DNA of 64,000 nucleotides from a virus, in the IMG/VR virus record IMGVR_UViG_3300032030_000058, positions 9,733 to 73,732 of that record, one strand, 5' to 3'. The notes under the pieces are model-generated. The model worked only from the letters and a program-made list of their open reading frames with translations, was not told where the DNA came from and did not search any database. Made by a program: the position numbers and the translations under genes. Shown here in pieces: positions 34,569 to 43,965 of this stretch (the first letter of the stretch is position 1; each line of letters starts with the position of its first letter).

Positions 34569-34969
34569 TATTTTTTCCTCCAATATGAATGCATAATTTT
34601 TTTGCGGCAATCCCACGTATCATATAATGTATGATGATTAGTATATGTTACGTGTAGGTTTCCGGCATTGATAATATACTGAACAGGTCTTAAATAATGA
34701 TGTGCCTGTTCAATAGTAAATCGTTTATTATTTGGATCGCGTAGTTCTGGACATTTCACCCAGCCTTTACTTTCCAAGTATTTTCCCCATACGACTCTGT
34801 CATTGGGCATGCGACATAGCTCAACACCAATCTTACATAAATCGGTATAGGTTTGTTCCCAGGATTGGTCCAGCGCTGCTGATATAGCGCGAATGACACA
34901 GTCACCGGCTTTCTTTTGTTTTGGGTTTTTGTTTAGATACTCATAATTCATATAAGTTTGTCCTTTCAT
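34568..34969 (-). CDS. hypothetical protein
   Basis: 133 aa, own promoter (TTGACA 35004-35009 on the minus strand), AAAGGA RBS. Confidence 0.5.
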   Translation of the reverse strand: MKGQTYMNYEYLNKNPKQKKAGDCVIRAISAALDQSWEQTYTDLCKIGVELCRMPNDRVVWGKYLESKGWVKCPELRDPNNKRFTIEQAHHYLRPVQYIINAGNLHVTYTNHHTLYDTWDCRKKIMHSYWRKK

Positions 34970-35065
34970 TTCTTAACTATATATTATAGGAATAATAAAA
35001 ATATGTCAATAAAAAAATAAAAATAATTTTGCATAAAAAAATATATATGAAATATATATAAAAAA

Positions 35066-36610
35066 CTAGTGTTCTTTAAATTTAGTTTTCCAAAGTTTGA
35101 TAGAAGGATAGAAAGGTGCCTGGCTATATGCTACGCTGTCTAGGCAGTGATCGTTGCCTGGTGCTCTCGCTTCACCTTTTTCGCCCTTACGAGCTACTTT
35201 ATATTCTCTTACTGTGTTCTTACACCAGTCCTTATTCACATGAAAACAACTGTATGCCATCAGCATTCTTTCGAAGTCGACACGTGTTTGAATTGGCTTC
35301 TTTGTTGAACCTGTAAATTTGAAATTGTATAGACCAAATTCCCTGGCCATCGCTGTTAAGTTATCAATCGTTCCTTGATCGGCGTTATCCACAAAACAGT
35401 TTACGGTTCCTTTCATGAGCAAATTACCACGTGGTGTATTGGAATATTTTTTGGTCCAGTCTACGAGTGTGTTCATTAACTGACGCAATAAAACTGGATA
35501 AGGTAAATCATCTTGATTATCTGTGTTTGTTGCATTATCGCCTTTGTTATTACTATGGAAATATTCATCCACAACGTAGACATCATTAAAGTCACGTGTA
35601 ATCCCAGAAAGAATCATAGTTGTAGCCGATCTAACTTTTACACTTGGATCTTCACCTTTTTTAATTTGAATTTTCTTGCCCTCACCGTTTGATAAACCTG
35701 TATCGATACCAACTGCAAAATACATGATATCATCCTTAGCCATAATATCTTCAGCACTAACTAAACAGTTCTCTTTAAATTCTGGATAACATAAACCTGT
35801 TGTCGCGCCGAATAAGCCTAAGAAGTTGGTTTTATATAAGTCCGGTGAACGACGTTTCATTTCCTGAGCTGCTAAGTCCCAGGTATCATCTCTAAATTCA
35901 TTAATTTTATAATTGGATTGATGTAGATAAAGACCGACACCGAATGGACCAACAAAGTTTTCGTCTTTGTAGTCGTCCCACATGTGAGTTTCCATATATT
36001 CTTCTGTAGGTTCAAGACGGTTTTTAAAAAATTCAGTAAATACCCAGTGATCAGCACTCCAAGGGTTCATGATTCCGGTAATTTGAATGCTGATTTCTTT
36101 TGCTGTTTTTTTATCCACACGAAGAGAACCATCCAACTGTAAGAAGTCGGAGTAGTTTTGAATCTCATACATTTCTTCGAGGTAGACATCAGTTAAATAT
36201 CCATGAGCGAATTTTGTAGATGTGATGGAAGTTGGGTTGTTCATGCCCTTGAATAAAATCTTTTGGCCAGTTTTCTTATAGGTAATTTCTAAAGGCTGTG
36301 TTGTTGTTTTAAATTCCTTTTGCAATCCTAAATCTTCAATACACGCTAAAATGTTAGGGAAAGTCGATGTTCTGTTATCAACATCGTTTTGTCTAACTAT
36401 GATAATATTTCTTCGATCGTCACTAAGAATTTTCAAAATCGGCTCATACCCATCCATATCTTGTGATTTTTTCGAAGCACGTGAACCAACATAAAAACGG
36501 TACCTGCCTTTAAAATTAAAAAACAGACCGTTGTTGTATCCTCTGCCGAATAATTTTTGCAAATCTATGACTTTTTTATCACCTTGAATAGTGTAGATAT
36601 CTTCTCTCAT
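35066..36610 (-). CDS. terminase large subunit
   Basis: YRFYVGSRASKKS Walker-A-like, VYLEE Walker B, C-terminal RNase-H-like nuclease motifs (AVGIDTG..., VYVVDEY, NCFVDNAD, GNDHCLDSVAY). Confidence 0.75.
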   Translation of the reverse strand: MREDIYTIQGDKKVIDLQKLFGRGYNNGLFFNFKGRYRFYVGSRASKKSQDMDGYEPILKILSDDRRNIIIVRQNDVDNRTSTFPNILACIEDLGLQKEFKTTTQPLEITYKKTGQKILFKGMNNPTSITSTKFAHGYLTDVYLEEMYEIQNYSDFLQLDGSLRVDKKTAKEISIQITGIMNPWSADHWVFTEFFKNRLEPTEEYMETHMWDDYKDENFVGPFGVGLYLHQSNYKINEFRDDTWDLAAQEMKRRSPDLYKTNFLGLFGATTGLCYPEFKENCLVSAEDIMAKDDIMYFAVGIDTGLSNGEGKKIQIKKGEDPSVKVRSATTMILSGITRDFNDVYVVDEYFHSNNKGDNATNTDNQDDLPYPVLLRQLMNTLVDWTKKYSNTPRGNLLMKGTVNCFVDNADQGTIDNLTAMAREFGLYNFKFTGSTKKPIQTRVDFERMLMAYSCFHVNKDWCKNTVREYKVARKGEKGEARAPGNDHCLDSVAYSQAPFYPSIKLWKTKFKEH

Positions 36611-36705
36611 ACATATTTAATTATATATTACTTTGAAAATAAAATAAAACATATTATAATATGTATATAGTTGCAAACGGGAATTGGCCTCGGCCGATTC
36701 TTTTT

Positions 36706-37017
36706 TTATTTATTGGGATATATCTCGCCAGCTTCAGGATCGAACACAAGCCTATTCTTATTTAAGTTATCCAAGAACGCGCCGATTTTCATTAATGTGT
36801 CACTGCGTAGCGCGTCATATTCTTTATTGTATACAAAAATATATTCTTTAATTTTGTTTTGATAAACAATCGTGCCGATGAAATAGTTTTTCTTTTTGTA
36901 AATCGTTTTATCTTTTCTGCGTGAAAAAACAAAAATGACGTTATTGATATCTTCTCTTGGTGGCCTTGTCATTTTTCCTGGGACAAAATCTAAATATTCA
37001 CTGGTAAGTCCGTTCAT
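36706..37017 (-). CDS. hypothetical protein
   Basis: 103 aa, ATGA-coupled to upstream gene. Confidence 0.45.
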   Translation of the reverse strand: MNGLTSEYLDFVPGKMTRPPREDINNVIFVFSRRKDKTIYKKKNYFIGTIVYQNKIKEYIFVYNKEYDALRSDTLMKIGAFLDNLNKNRLVFDPEAGEIYPNK

Positions 37018-37304
37018 AATAATACCTCTTTCAATAAATCATATTCTTCTTGGGTTTTACAACGATAAACTTGTTGCCCATTTATTAAAATATAATAAGC
37101 AATTTCATCTTCACCAAAGTTTTTTCTTGTTTTAAAACTAATACCACCAATAGTTGGCAACATAAATGTCTTAAAAATATCTAGTGCTTTGAGTTCTTGC
37201 TCAATGATATTAGCCCATTTATTGTTACAATTTTGAGTAAAAATATCAGCTTCTGTATCTGCTATTATTTTTAAGTTCTCTAATGCCTCTAAACCTTTAC
37301 TCAT
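37014..37304 (-). CDS. paralog family B protein (ELKALDI...EEYDLLKEVLL)
   Basis: 96 aa, shares internal ELKALDIFK and C-terminal QEEYDLLKEVLL with five other ORFs. Confidence 0.55.
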   Translation of the reverse strand: MSKGLEALENLKIIADTEADIFTQNCNNKWANIIEQELKALDIFKTFMLPTIGGISFKTRKNFGEDEIAYYILINGQQVYRCKTQEEYDLLKEVLL

Positions 37305-37437
37305 TTTCTTTCTCCTTATCTTTAATTATTTTATAAAAAACTTTTGCAAAAAAATCTCCAATTATATTATGAATAACGAGTAATCCAAATAGTGAAATGA
37401 ACACTATAAAAAGCCATAATGGTATTTCTACAATCAT
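37300..37437 (-). CDS. possible 45 aa membrane peptide
   Basis: ATGA-coupled to both neighbours; hydrophobic core. Confidence 0.3.
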
Positions 37438-37778
37438 AACAATTCCAAATCTCCTTTTTCGTTCAATAATTTGTATTTTTTTCCAAACCTATCAGTAAAA
37501 ATATGAATTTCTTTAACTTTTAGCGAAGGAATATCTAACCATTTTCTTTCTTCATGTTTTATCATTACATTTCCATCACATAAACAAGGAAGAATATATT
37601 TTATTTGTCCGTTGTATTCAACTTCAAACCATGTTCCATAATAATTGCTAAATACTTGAACAAACTTAACTTTTGTTCCTTTAGGACAAATAAGAGGATA
37701 TTGGCATCCTGTATTATAAAACCATCTTTCATTTTCGGTTTCTATCGTAACATATTTAAAATCTTCTAAATTAAACAT
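37434..37778 (-). CDS. hypothetical protein
   Basis: 114 aa ORF ending KGDLELL. Confidence 0.5.
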   Translation of the reverse strand: MFNLEDFKYVTIETENERWFYNTGCQYPLICPKGTKVKFVQVFSNYYGTWFEVEYNGQIKYILPCLCDGNVMIKHEERKWLDIPSLKVKEIHIFTDRFGKKYKLLNEKGDLELL

Positions 37779-38191
37779 AATTTTCCTTCTTCATTCATTT
37801 TGGCGACATATTTCAAACCCCATTCAGTCCAAATTGCTGCATAGATTATCATGCCATTTTTAATATCATCTAATTGTGATTGTGATAATTTTTTAGGCAT
37901 CTTAATAATCATTGGTTTTGTGCCGTTGTCCCACACATATTCATCACATAATTCTGCGATGGAATGAGCGGTTTTTACCACGTCACTGTCCCAGACACAA
38001 TCCATAGAACGACCACCTAATTCATCATATTCTATATGTTCGCCTTTATCTTCATCAAAATAATAAATACAATAGGCACCTTCTTCGCCAACAACATCGT
38101 CTTTATTATATTCAATAGAAGATACAACATTTGGAATCATTCCGTATATTTTGTTTTTAGTTTTTACATAAATGTTCATGCTGCAACACAC
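37766..38191 (-). CDS. paralog family A protein
   Basis: Contains SIAELCDEY and C-terminal YAAIWTEWGLKYVAKMNEEGKL. Confidence 0.55.
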   Translation of the reverse strand: MCCSMNIYVKTKNKIYGMIPNVVSSIEYNKDDVVGEEGAYCIYYFDEDKGEHIEYDELGGRSMDCVWDSDVVKTAHSIAELCDEYVWDNGTKPMIIKMPKKLSQSQLDDIKNGMIIYAAIWTEWGLKYVAKMNEEGKLCLI

Positions 38192-38318
38192 TCCCTTACT
38201 CTTTTTCTGTTTCTTACTATTCGATAGGCCGCTTCAATTTCTTCTTCACTTAACGCTTCCAATAAATCAGCAAGCTCTAATACCGCGGCATTTTTAATTT
38301 TTTCATCATTTTCGTTGT

Positions 38319-38660
38319 TCATAACAATTCCCAATCTCCTTTATCGTTCATTTTTGCTACATATTTCAAACCCCATTCAGTCCAAATCGCACCATAGATT
38401 TCTTTTATAAAATCGTTCCTTACTTTGTTATAACAATTTCTTTCACTTTTCATCGACCTATAACTTGTTCTTTCCCAAATACCTATTTCTGTAATTAACA
38501 CAAACTTATCACACAAATCTTCAATAGTGTCGGCTTGGGCAATAATTTCGTCATTTGATATTATTATCTCTTGAGCGATAAGTGTTTCTAATTCAAGTGT
38601 TGACATTTCATCTCTAAAACTTTTTAGTATTCTTTCGTCTTTCGTTCTAACGTATTTCAT
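38319..38660 (-). CDS. paralog family A protein
   Basis: ADTIEDLCDKF ... YGAIWTEWGLKYVAKMNDKGDWELL. Confidence 0.55.
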   Translation of the reverse strand: MKYVRTKDERILKSFRDEMSTLELETLIAQEIIISNDEIIAQADTIEDLCDKFVLITEIGIWERTSYRSMKSERNCYNKVRNDFIKEIYGAIWTEWGLKYVAKMNDKGDWELL

Positions 38661-38992
38661 AGTAGTTCTAATTCTCCTTTATCATTCATTCTCGCGACAT
38701 AGATAAGGCCCTTGTTCTCGACATGAATTGCTCCATAAACAGGACTTTCCGGATATTTTAATTTTTGCTCTTTTAATCTTGTTAAGTCTGTGTGATCAAA
38801 TTTTAAGATGAAATCCTTGCAGCCCTTATTTCGTTTGATTTTGATAAAACAATCGCATAGTTTTTCGATGGAATCAGCTCTAGCAATAATTTTGCTCGAT
38901 TTAAAATCACCATTTTCTTGATAAAGATATTCTGTCATTGTTTTATCTTGTAATGGAAAAATATGTCCATCTTCTGTTCTTATTAAACTCAT
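38657..38992 (-). CDS. paralog family A protein
   Basis: ADSIEKLCDCF ... YGAIHVENKGLIYVARMNDKGELELL. Confidence 0.55.
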   Translation of the reverse strand: MSLIRTEDGHIFPLQDKTMTEYLYQENGDFKSSKIIARADSIEKLCDCFIKIKRNKGCKDFILKFDHTDLTRLKEQKLKYPESPVYGAIHVENKGLIYVARMNDKGELELL

Positions 38993-39393
38993 ACTAGCAC
39001 TGCCTTTCCTAATAGATTCATATCATAACCACTCTCGATGAATTGAACAGTTAAGTTATGATTCACTCGATTTCCTAGTTTCTCATAAATGTATTGATAG
39101 TCGTCATGATTAAAATGAGTGTCTAACATATAATTGATAAAACGTTCTATTTTTCTTCTTAGCGTATCTTCTCCAAACCAGTGATTATCAGCCACAAAGA
39201 ATGACAACCACTCTAAGCATTTGCATTTAAATTCTAGTTCGGTTTCGACATCTTCTAAGCGAAAATAAGCATTTAGTTTTGGAGCAATAATTATTTCATT
39301 GTGGTTGTTAATAAATACTCTTAATCCTTGTGGATTGCAAATTGCTTTGTTTATTAAATTTTGAACTTCTGGCGTTCTCATAATAATTTCCAT
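38989..39393 (-). CDS. hypothetical protein
   Basis: 134 aa ORF. Confidence 0.5.
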   Translation of the reverse strand: MEIIMRTPEVQNLINKAICNPQGLRVFINNHNEIIIAPKLNAYFRLEDVETELEFKCKCLEWLSFFVADNHWFGEDTLRRKIERFINYMLDTHFNHDDYQYIYEKLGNRVNHNLTVQFIESGYDMNLLGKAVLV

Positions 39394-39704
39394 CCCCCTT
39401 CTTTATTCATTTCAGCAACATATTTTAATCCGTTAGCGGTCCAAATAGCTCCATAGATATAAAAACCACTAACCAACATTTTTAATAATTCAGATTGTCT
39501 TAATTTACCAAATTGCAATTTTGTGTAAATTTTATAACTGCCATGTTTCACAGTCACATAACGATTGAGCAGTTCATCAACTGTATCTGCGCTTTTATAA
39601 TGTCCCCCTATACATACTTCATTTGGTTTTAAGTTATAGTAGGTGTCTTTAACAATCAAGCCACGCACATCTATGATTCTGTCCTGATACTTGACATAGT
39701 TCAT
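39378..39704 (-). CDS. paralog family A protein
   Basis: ADTVDELLNRY ... YGAIWTANGLKYVAEMNKEGGWKLL. Confidence 0.55.
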   Translation of the reverse strand: MNYVKYQDRIIDVRGLIVKDTYYNLKPNEVCIGGHYKSADTVDELLNRYVTVKHGSYKIYTKLQFGKLRQSELLKMLVSGFYIYGAIWTANGLKYVAEMNKEGGWKLL

Positions 39705-40201
39705 TAATAACGATATCTCCTTTTAAATATCACTCTGTCCTTTAACAACTTCTCGATAAACTCAGGATCACAATCATATAATGTTTGGAAATTATAATGT
39801 GCATCTTGCATCGGTGAATTCACGAACAGAATCGCGGCATCTTCATTATTTTTATCGATACTGACACAGATTTGGGCCGCTTCAAATTCTTTTCTAATTT
39901 CATCGGTCATGACTAAAGAACATTTTGTTTTTTGGTCCGGTTGTAGTTCTTCCTTAAATTCAAAACCGGAAAAATCCTCTTCACGTTCTTTTGTTGTCGC
40001 TTCTTCATAACAATGTTCTAAAAAACGAACACACTGAACAAAAAGTGGATTGTCCTCTTTTAATGTGACAGGGTGAGCAAAGATTTTAACTTCGTTGTCC
40101 TCGTCGGAATAAAATTGGAATCCATGCTCTAAAAGAAGCTCTGGATGTTTTTTAAATTTGTAAATTAATTGATATACGTAAGTAGTCTTTTTAGTTTTCA
40201 T
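39704..40201 (-). CDS. hypothetical protein
   Basis: 165 aa ORF. Confidence 0.5.
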   Translation of the reverse strand: MKTKKTTYVYQLIYKFKKHPELLLEHGFQFYSDEDNEVKIFAHPVTLKEDNPLFVQCVRFLEHCYEEATTKEREEDFSGFEFKEELQPDQKTKCSLVMTDEIRKEFEAAQICVSIDKNNEDAAILFVNSPMQDAHYNFQTLYDCDPEFIEKLLKDRVIFKRRYRY

Positions 40202-40455
40202 ACAATTTCATATCTCGCTTTCTCTGCTAATAATTTTAAGTCTTTTTGCATGTCCCTGTATAGTTTGTAGATGTGGGACATATCATTGATATCAAATAGA
40301 TTTTTTAACGGTTTTAAGAACCCGATAATTTTTTTCTTATTGGTATAAAAGACAATGTGTGTTTCCGCTAACGGATCGTCACGAAGAATATCAATGACTT
40401 CTTCACATTTTAATATGGTATAACCCATTTCGGTTACAGTATCATAGAAGTTCAT
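40198..40455 (-). CDS. hypothetical protein
   Basis: 85 aa ORF. Confidence 0.5.
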   Translation of the reverse strand: MNFYDTVTEMGYTILKCEEVIDILRDDPLAETHIVFYTNKKKIIGFLKPLKNLFDINDMSHIYKLYRDMQKDLKLLAEKARYEIV

Positions 40456-40457
40456 TT

Positions 40458-40805
40458 TTAATCACCAATAATGCCGTATAATTGCACATATTGAGCGTTT
40501 AAATTTTTAGACATTTCATAGGATAGTTCTGGCTCGTAACGATAAATTACATCGCCGTTCATTAACTGTAATTCGATGCCGACATAATTTGCCATTTTTC
40601 CGCCTTGGCTGACATATACACCGTCCGGTCCATATTCAGCCCAACCTCTGATGTGATAATACTTTGTGTCTGTGATCTGAGAATAGACTAAAGCATAGTA
40701 ATAGGTCTTTGAGCCGGTGACCATTTGGTTTCCACCCGGACCTTTTACATTCTCACATGATGTTAATAACATTAGTGGCAATAATGCTAATAATAATTTT
40801 TTCAT
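40458..40805 (-). CDS. lipoprotein
   Basis: Signal peptide MKKLLLALLPLMLLTSC with lipobox LTSC. Confidence 0.6.
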   Translation of the reverse strand: MKKLLLALLPLMLLTSCENVKGPGGNQMVTGSKTYYYALVYSQITDTKYYHIRGWAEYGPDGVYVSQGGKMANYVGIELQLMNGDVIYRYEPELSYEMSKNLNAQYVQLYGIIGD

Positions 40806-40807
40806 TT

Positions 40808-41062
40808 TTAAATTTCCTCCAAATGCTTTTTAATGTATTCGTTCCATTTTCCTTCAAAATGTTTCATTTCAAGATATCGATCGTTGGCTTCTTTTTCGTT
40901 TGCTATAACACCGAATCCACCGCCGAAGAAATAGATGGCAAAGATTATTCTTTCGCCTATATAGGCCGCTTCGGTTTTAGCCACAAAACAGAGCACTAAC
41001 AAGATAGTAGATGTAATTAAGAATGTGACAATCGGAGCTTTTGTATATGACCAGATTCTCAT
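40808..41062 (-). CDS. small membrane protein
   Basis: 84 aa with two hydrophobic helices. Confidence 0.5.
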   Translation of the reverse strand: MRIWSYTKAPIVTFLITSTILLVLCFVAKTEAAYIGERIIFAIYFFGGGFGVIANEKEANDRYLEMKHFEGKWNEYIKKHLEEI

Positions 41063-41086
41063 AATAATTCCTCTTTTAATAATTGC

Positions 41087-41449
41087 TTAGATTTCTTTAA
41101 CTTCATCTAAACGATAGAATCCATCAAGTTCGAATTCAGGAGCCATAAGAGCATAATCGAAGCCGATTTTCATATCTTCAGGAAGTTCTTCGAATTGCTT
41201 TTTCATTTCGATATCTGTAATCACACCCCTGGCATGATAAACATTCTTTTCTTTGTCGAATGAAATATCAATTTCGGTTTCGTATTGAACTCCTGGTTGA
41301 ATATAATCATCGCTTTGGGCCGTTTTATTTAAGGCTTCTTCAAAATGATTTTTGATTAAAGCAGTAATTTTGCTTTTGTCTTTAATGATGCCGATCGTTG
41401 AACGTTCTTCAAAATCTTCATAGAACGCGAATGTTAGTAATGTTTTCAT
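41087..41449 (-). CDS. hypothetical protein
   Basis: 120 aa ORF. Confidence 0.5.
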   Translation of the reverse strand: MKTLLTFAFYEDFEERSTIGIIKDKSKITALIKNHFEEALNKTAQSDDYIQPGVQYETEIDISFDKEKNVYHARGVITDIEMKKQFEELPEDMKIGFDYALMAPEFELDGFYRLDEVKEI

Positions 41450-41850
41450 AATAAATCCTCCTTATTAAAAGCCCATGTAACCTTATAATCTTTTATAAAA
41501 TATTGTGGCATTCCTTTTGATTTGTAAGTGAAATACCATCCATCATGTTCGTCATATCCAAATGTTAAATATGAACGACTATGGTAAGTATATCCTCTAA
41601 TCCCTTGTGTGTTTTTGACTAGAATACCATGACTACTTTTTAATGTCGCTAATATCGTATGAAGATCAAATTCGATATCTTCTTCATCATCTTCTAATTG
41701 ACCAAGTTTTTGTTGTCCTAAAAACAAACTATTTAACTCTCTTTGATTCCCACAATTATCAGTTATACATGAATTAGAATTATCTTTTTTAATTCTATAA
41801 AAGCCTGTTTCTAGTCCAATTATATTAGTTTCTTTTTCTGTATATCTCAT
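41446..41850 (-). CDS. hypothetical protein
   Basis: 134 aa ORF. Confidence 0.5.
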   Translation of the reverse strand: MRYTEKETNIIGLETGFYRIKKDNSNSCITDNCGNQRELNSLFLGQQKLGQLEDDEEDIEFDLHTILATLKSSHGILVKNTQGIRGYTYHSRSYLTFGYDEHDGWYFTYKSKGMPQYFIKDYKVTWAFNKEDLL

Positions 41851-42209
41851 AACAATTCCAATTCTCCTTTCTCATTCATTTTAGCGACATAAATTAAACC
41901 TTTATCGGTATAGATTGAACCCATTATTTGCCCAATTTCTTTGCAACGAATATCATAATTGCCTAAAAGTCTGTGTGTTTTAGATAAAGCAAATGTTATT
42001 CCATCTTTGTGAGAAATCTTATAATAATCACGATTATCAATATCGACAAACTCGTCACACAATTCTTCAATGGTGTCGGCAGACTTAATTATACAGCCTT
42101 CAAAATCTATACCGTTGTCTTGCAAATCAGCAACTTGTTCGCAGTGTTTTTTATAACTAACAATATATTCTTGCTCATAAAGACTGTCGTAAACTCTAAC
42201 GTATTTCAT
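41847..42209 (-). CDS. paralog family A protein
   Basis: Start at ATG 42207-42209 (MKYVRVYD) after AAGAGGTG; ADTIEELCDEF ... GSIYTDKGLIYVAKMNEKGELELL. Confidence 0.55.
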   Translation of the reverse strand: MKYVRVYDSLYEQEYIVSYKKHCEQVADLQDNGIDFEGCIIKSADTIEELCDEFVDIDNRDYYKISHKDGITFALSKTHRLLGNYDIRCKEIGQIMGSIYTDKGLIYVAKMNEKGELELL

Positions 42210-42388
42210 AGCAACACCTCTTTTACTAAGTCTTCTTTTTTCTTTTCGTGAGAATCGCATAATGAACACATAAAGCATTCTCCATACTCCTCACAAACCC
42301 AACCTTTTTCAGGAGCATAATAACTATGTTTACAAGTATGTTTGCATTTGCTATCTTTCATGAACGGCATGTTGATACATCTTTCCAT
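42206..42388 (-). CDS. small Cys-rich protein ending LVKEVLL
   Basis: 60 aa with CKHTCKH...CEEYGECFMCSLC. Confidence 0.4.
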   Translation of the reverse strand: MERCINMPFMKDSKCKHTCKHSYYAPEKGWVCEEYGECFMCSLCDSHEKKKEDLVKEVLL

Positions 42389-42516
42389 CCTTCATCAGTT
42401 ATTATTTCTGTCTTAATACTTTTGTATTGACCTTGCAAGAATTCAACTCCTCTTCGTGAATACAGTATTCTAACTGTTCCATCATTCATATAGAGAATAA
42501 ATCTTATTGTTGGCAT
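42358..42516 (-). CDS. possible 52 aa ORF
   Basis: ATG embedded in the KEVLLCQQ stop region of the upstream gene; no independent support. Confidence 0.25.
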   Translation of the reverse strand: MPTIRFILYMNDGTVRILYSRRGVEFLQGQYKSIKTEIITDEGWKDVSTCRS

Positions 42517-42830
42517 AATAATACCTCTTTTAATAGATCGTATTCTTCTTTTGTAAAAACACTGTTTTCCTCATAAGGGGGCATTGGTTCGTCAGCACTC
42601 TTAACAATTCTTCTAATAATGTCTAGTGCTTTTAATTCCTTGTAATCTTGAAACACTTGTTCCGGATGAATAAGACGTGGCTTTAGAGCTTCATATTCTC
42701 CAAGAACATTTTCAATGATGCTAAAAGAGCCTATAATGAATCTTCTATCTAATCCATTCTTTGTGTATGACAAAACAAAATCTTTTAATTGTTTTGATAC
42801 ATCTAACGGTGTCATTTTTTCATTTTCCAT
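42504..42830 (-). CDS. paralog family B protein
   Basis: ELKALDIIRRI ... TKEEYDLLKEVLL. Confidence 0.55.
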   Translation of the reverse strand: MENEKMTPLDVSKQLKDFVLSYTKNGLDRRFIIGSFSIIENVLGEYEALKPRLIHPEQVFQDYKELKALDIIRRIVKSADEPMPPYEENSVFTKEEYDLLKEVLLCQQ

Positions 42831-42842
42831 AGCAAATCCCCC

Positions 42843-43001
42843 TTATTTCTTTTGTTTTGGAATTACGACATAGACATCGCCGAACTTTCTCACTTCGGTT
42901 TTGCCATAGTTCTCTTTCTTGCACATACAAGCAAGTGCAGCTTCAAATGTTTTAAATTGTTCCCCAGTAATTAATAAATAATTTTCTAATTGTTTATCCA
43001 T
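42843..43001 (-). CDS. small hypothetical protein (52 aa)
   Basis: GGAGGAG RBS 4 nt before ATG 42999-43001. Confidence 0.45.
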   Translation of the reverse strand: MDKQLENYLLITGEQFKTFEAALACMCKKENYGKTEVRKFGDVYVVIPKQKK

Positions 43002-43146
43002 AATCTCCTCCTTATTTTACTAGCATTTTTAATTATTAATTTTACATCTAATTTAGAATTGTTTTTGACCTCTCTTTGTATCATAAACTCCTTAAAGTAA
43101 GGTAATAGTTGATGATATACTAAATCCCCGTATTTGTCGTAATCGA

Positions 43147-43467
43147 TCACAACAGTTCCAATTCCCCTTTCTCATTCATTTTTGCAACAGGTTCTAATCT
43201 CATAGCGCCATTATCTAATTCAATCCAAATTGCGCCATAGATAGTGTCATTTTTATCTGTGTAGAAATATTTCATTTCTTCAAAGTCCTTTTCTAATTCA
43301 GTTGCAGTCTTAGGTCTTCTAAATCTATAAGGAGCAACTAATATAAACTCGTCGCATAATTCTTCAATGGTATCGGCTTGTTTGATAATTTCATAAGTTT
43401 TAAATTGCTCAATGACAAAATCTTTTTCAATGTCAAATATTCCGTAGTTTGTTCTAATATATCTCAT
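43147..43467 (-). CDS. paralog family A protein
   Basis: ADTIEELCDEF ... YGAIWIELDNGAMRLEPVAKMNEKGELELL. Confidence 0.55.
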   Translation of the reverse strand: MRYIRTNYGIFDIEKDFVIEQFKTYEIIKQADTIEELCDEFILVAPYRFRRPKTATELEKDFEEMKYFYTDKNDTIYGAIWIELDNGAMRLEPVAKMNEKGELELL

Positions 43468-43652
43468 AACGAAACCTTTCTCTCCATTAAAATAACAAAA
43501 TCAAGTCTGTCACTATCATTGTATGTTTTCCATTCGTGTATCTGGACAATATACCAACCTTTTTCGTTTTCATCTTTTAACCAACTATTAAAGTTATAAA
43601 CAATCATATTTCTTGCTCTTTCTATCTTTTGTTCTTTCATAATAATTCCCTC

Positions 43653-43871
43653 TTAATTCATTGGATATTCAGATTTATCCATGATGAAAATTTCAACAGT
43701 ATATAAATCTCCTTCTTTAGCCATAATTTTAATACAACCGTCGAAGTTCTTCAAAAAATCTGTTAAACAAGTTTCATGCACTTGAATAATTTTTTGTTCT
43801 CCGTTTGCTGCATTCATATCTCTGTTTTCCATCACTTTCTTTAAATGATGTTTTCGATAATTTGGATTCAT
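43653..43871 (-). CDS. hypothetical protein
   Basis: 72 aa, own promoter (TTGACA 43922-43927 on the minus strand) and GGAGGA RBS. Confidence 0.5.
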   Translation of the reverse strand: MNPNYRKHHLKKVMENRDMNAANGEQKIIQVHETCLTDFLKNFDGCIKIMAKEGDLYTVEIFIMDKSEYPMN

Positions 43872-43898
43872 ATTTATTCCTCCTTGTTTCTTGCCTAT

Positions 43899-43927
43899 AT
43901 ACTATTACAAAAATAAAAATGTGTCAA
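43899..43927 (-). promoter_or_regulatory. minus-strand promoter with conserved UP element (copy 1)
   Basis: Minus strand reads caaaattattttaaaaaatatATTGACAcatttttatttttgtaa-TAGTAT; ~50 bp near-identical to the copy at 60349-60405. Confidence 0.55.
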
Positions 43928-43965
43928 TATATTTTTTAAAATAATTTTGTAAAAAAAAGATTCTA

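Noticed and set aside
36706-37017. Small terminase directly upstream of the large terminase
   Set aside because: The 103 aa protein has no recognisable HTH or small-terminase oligomerisation features, so it was left as hypothetical.
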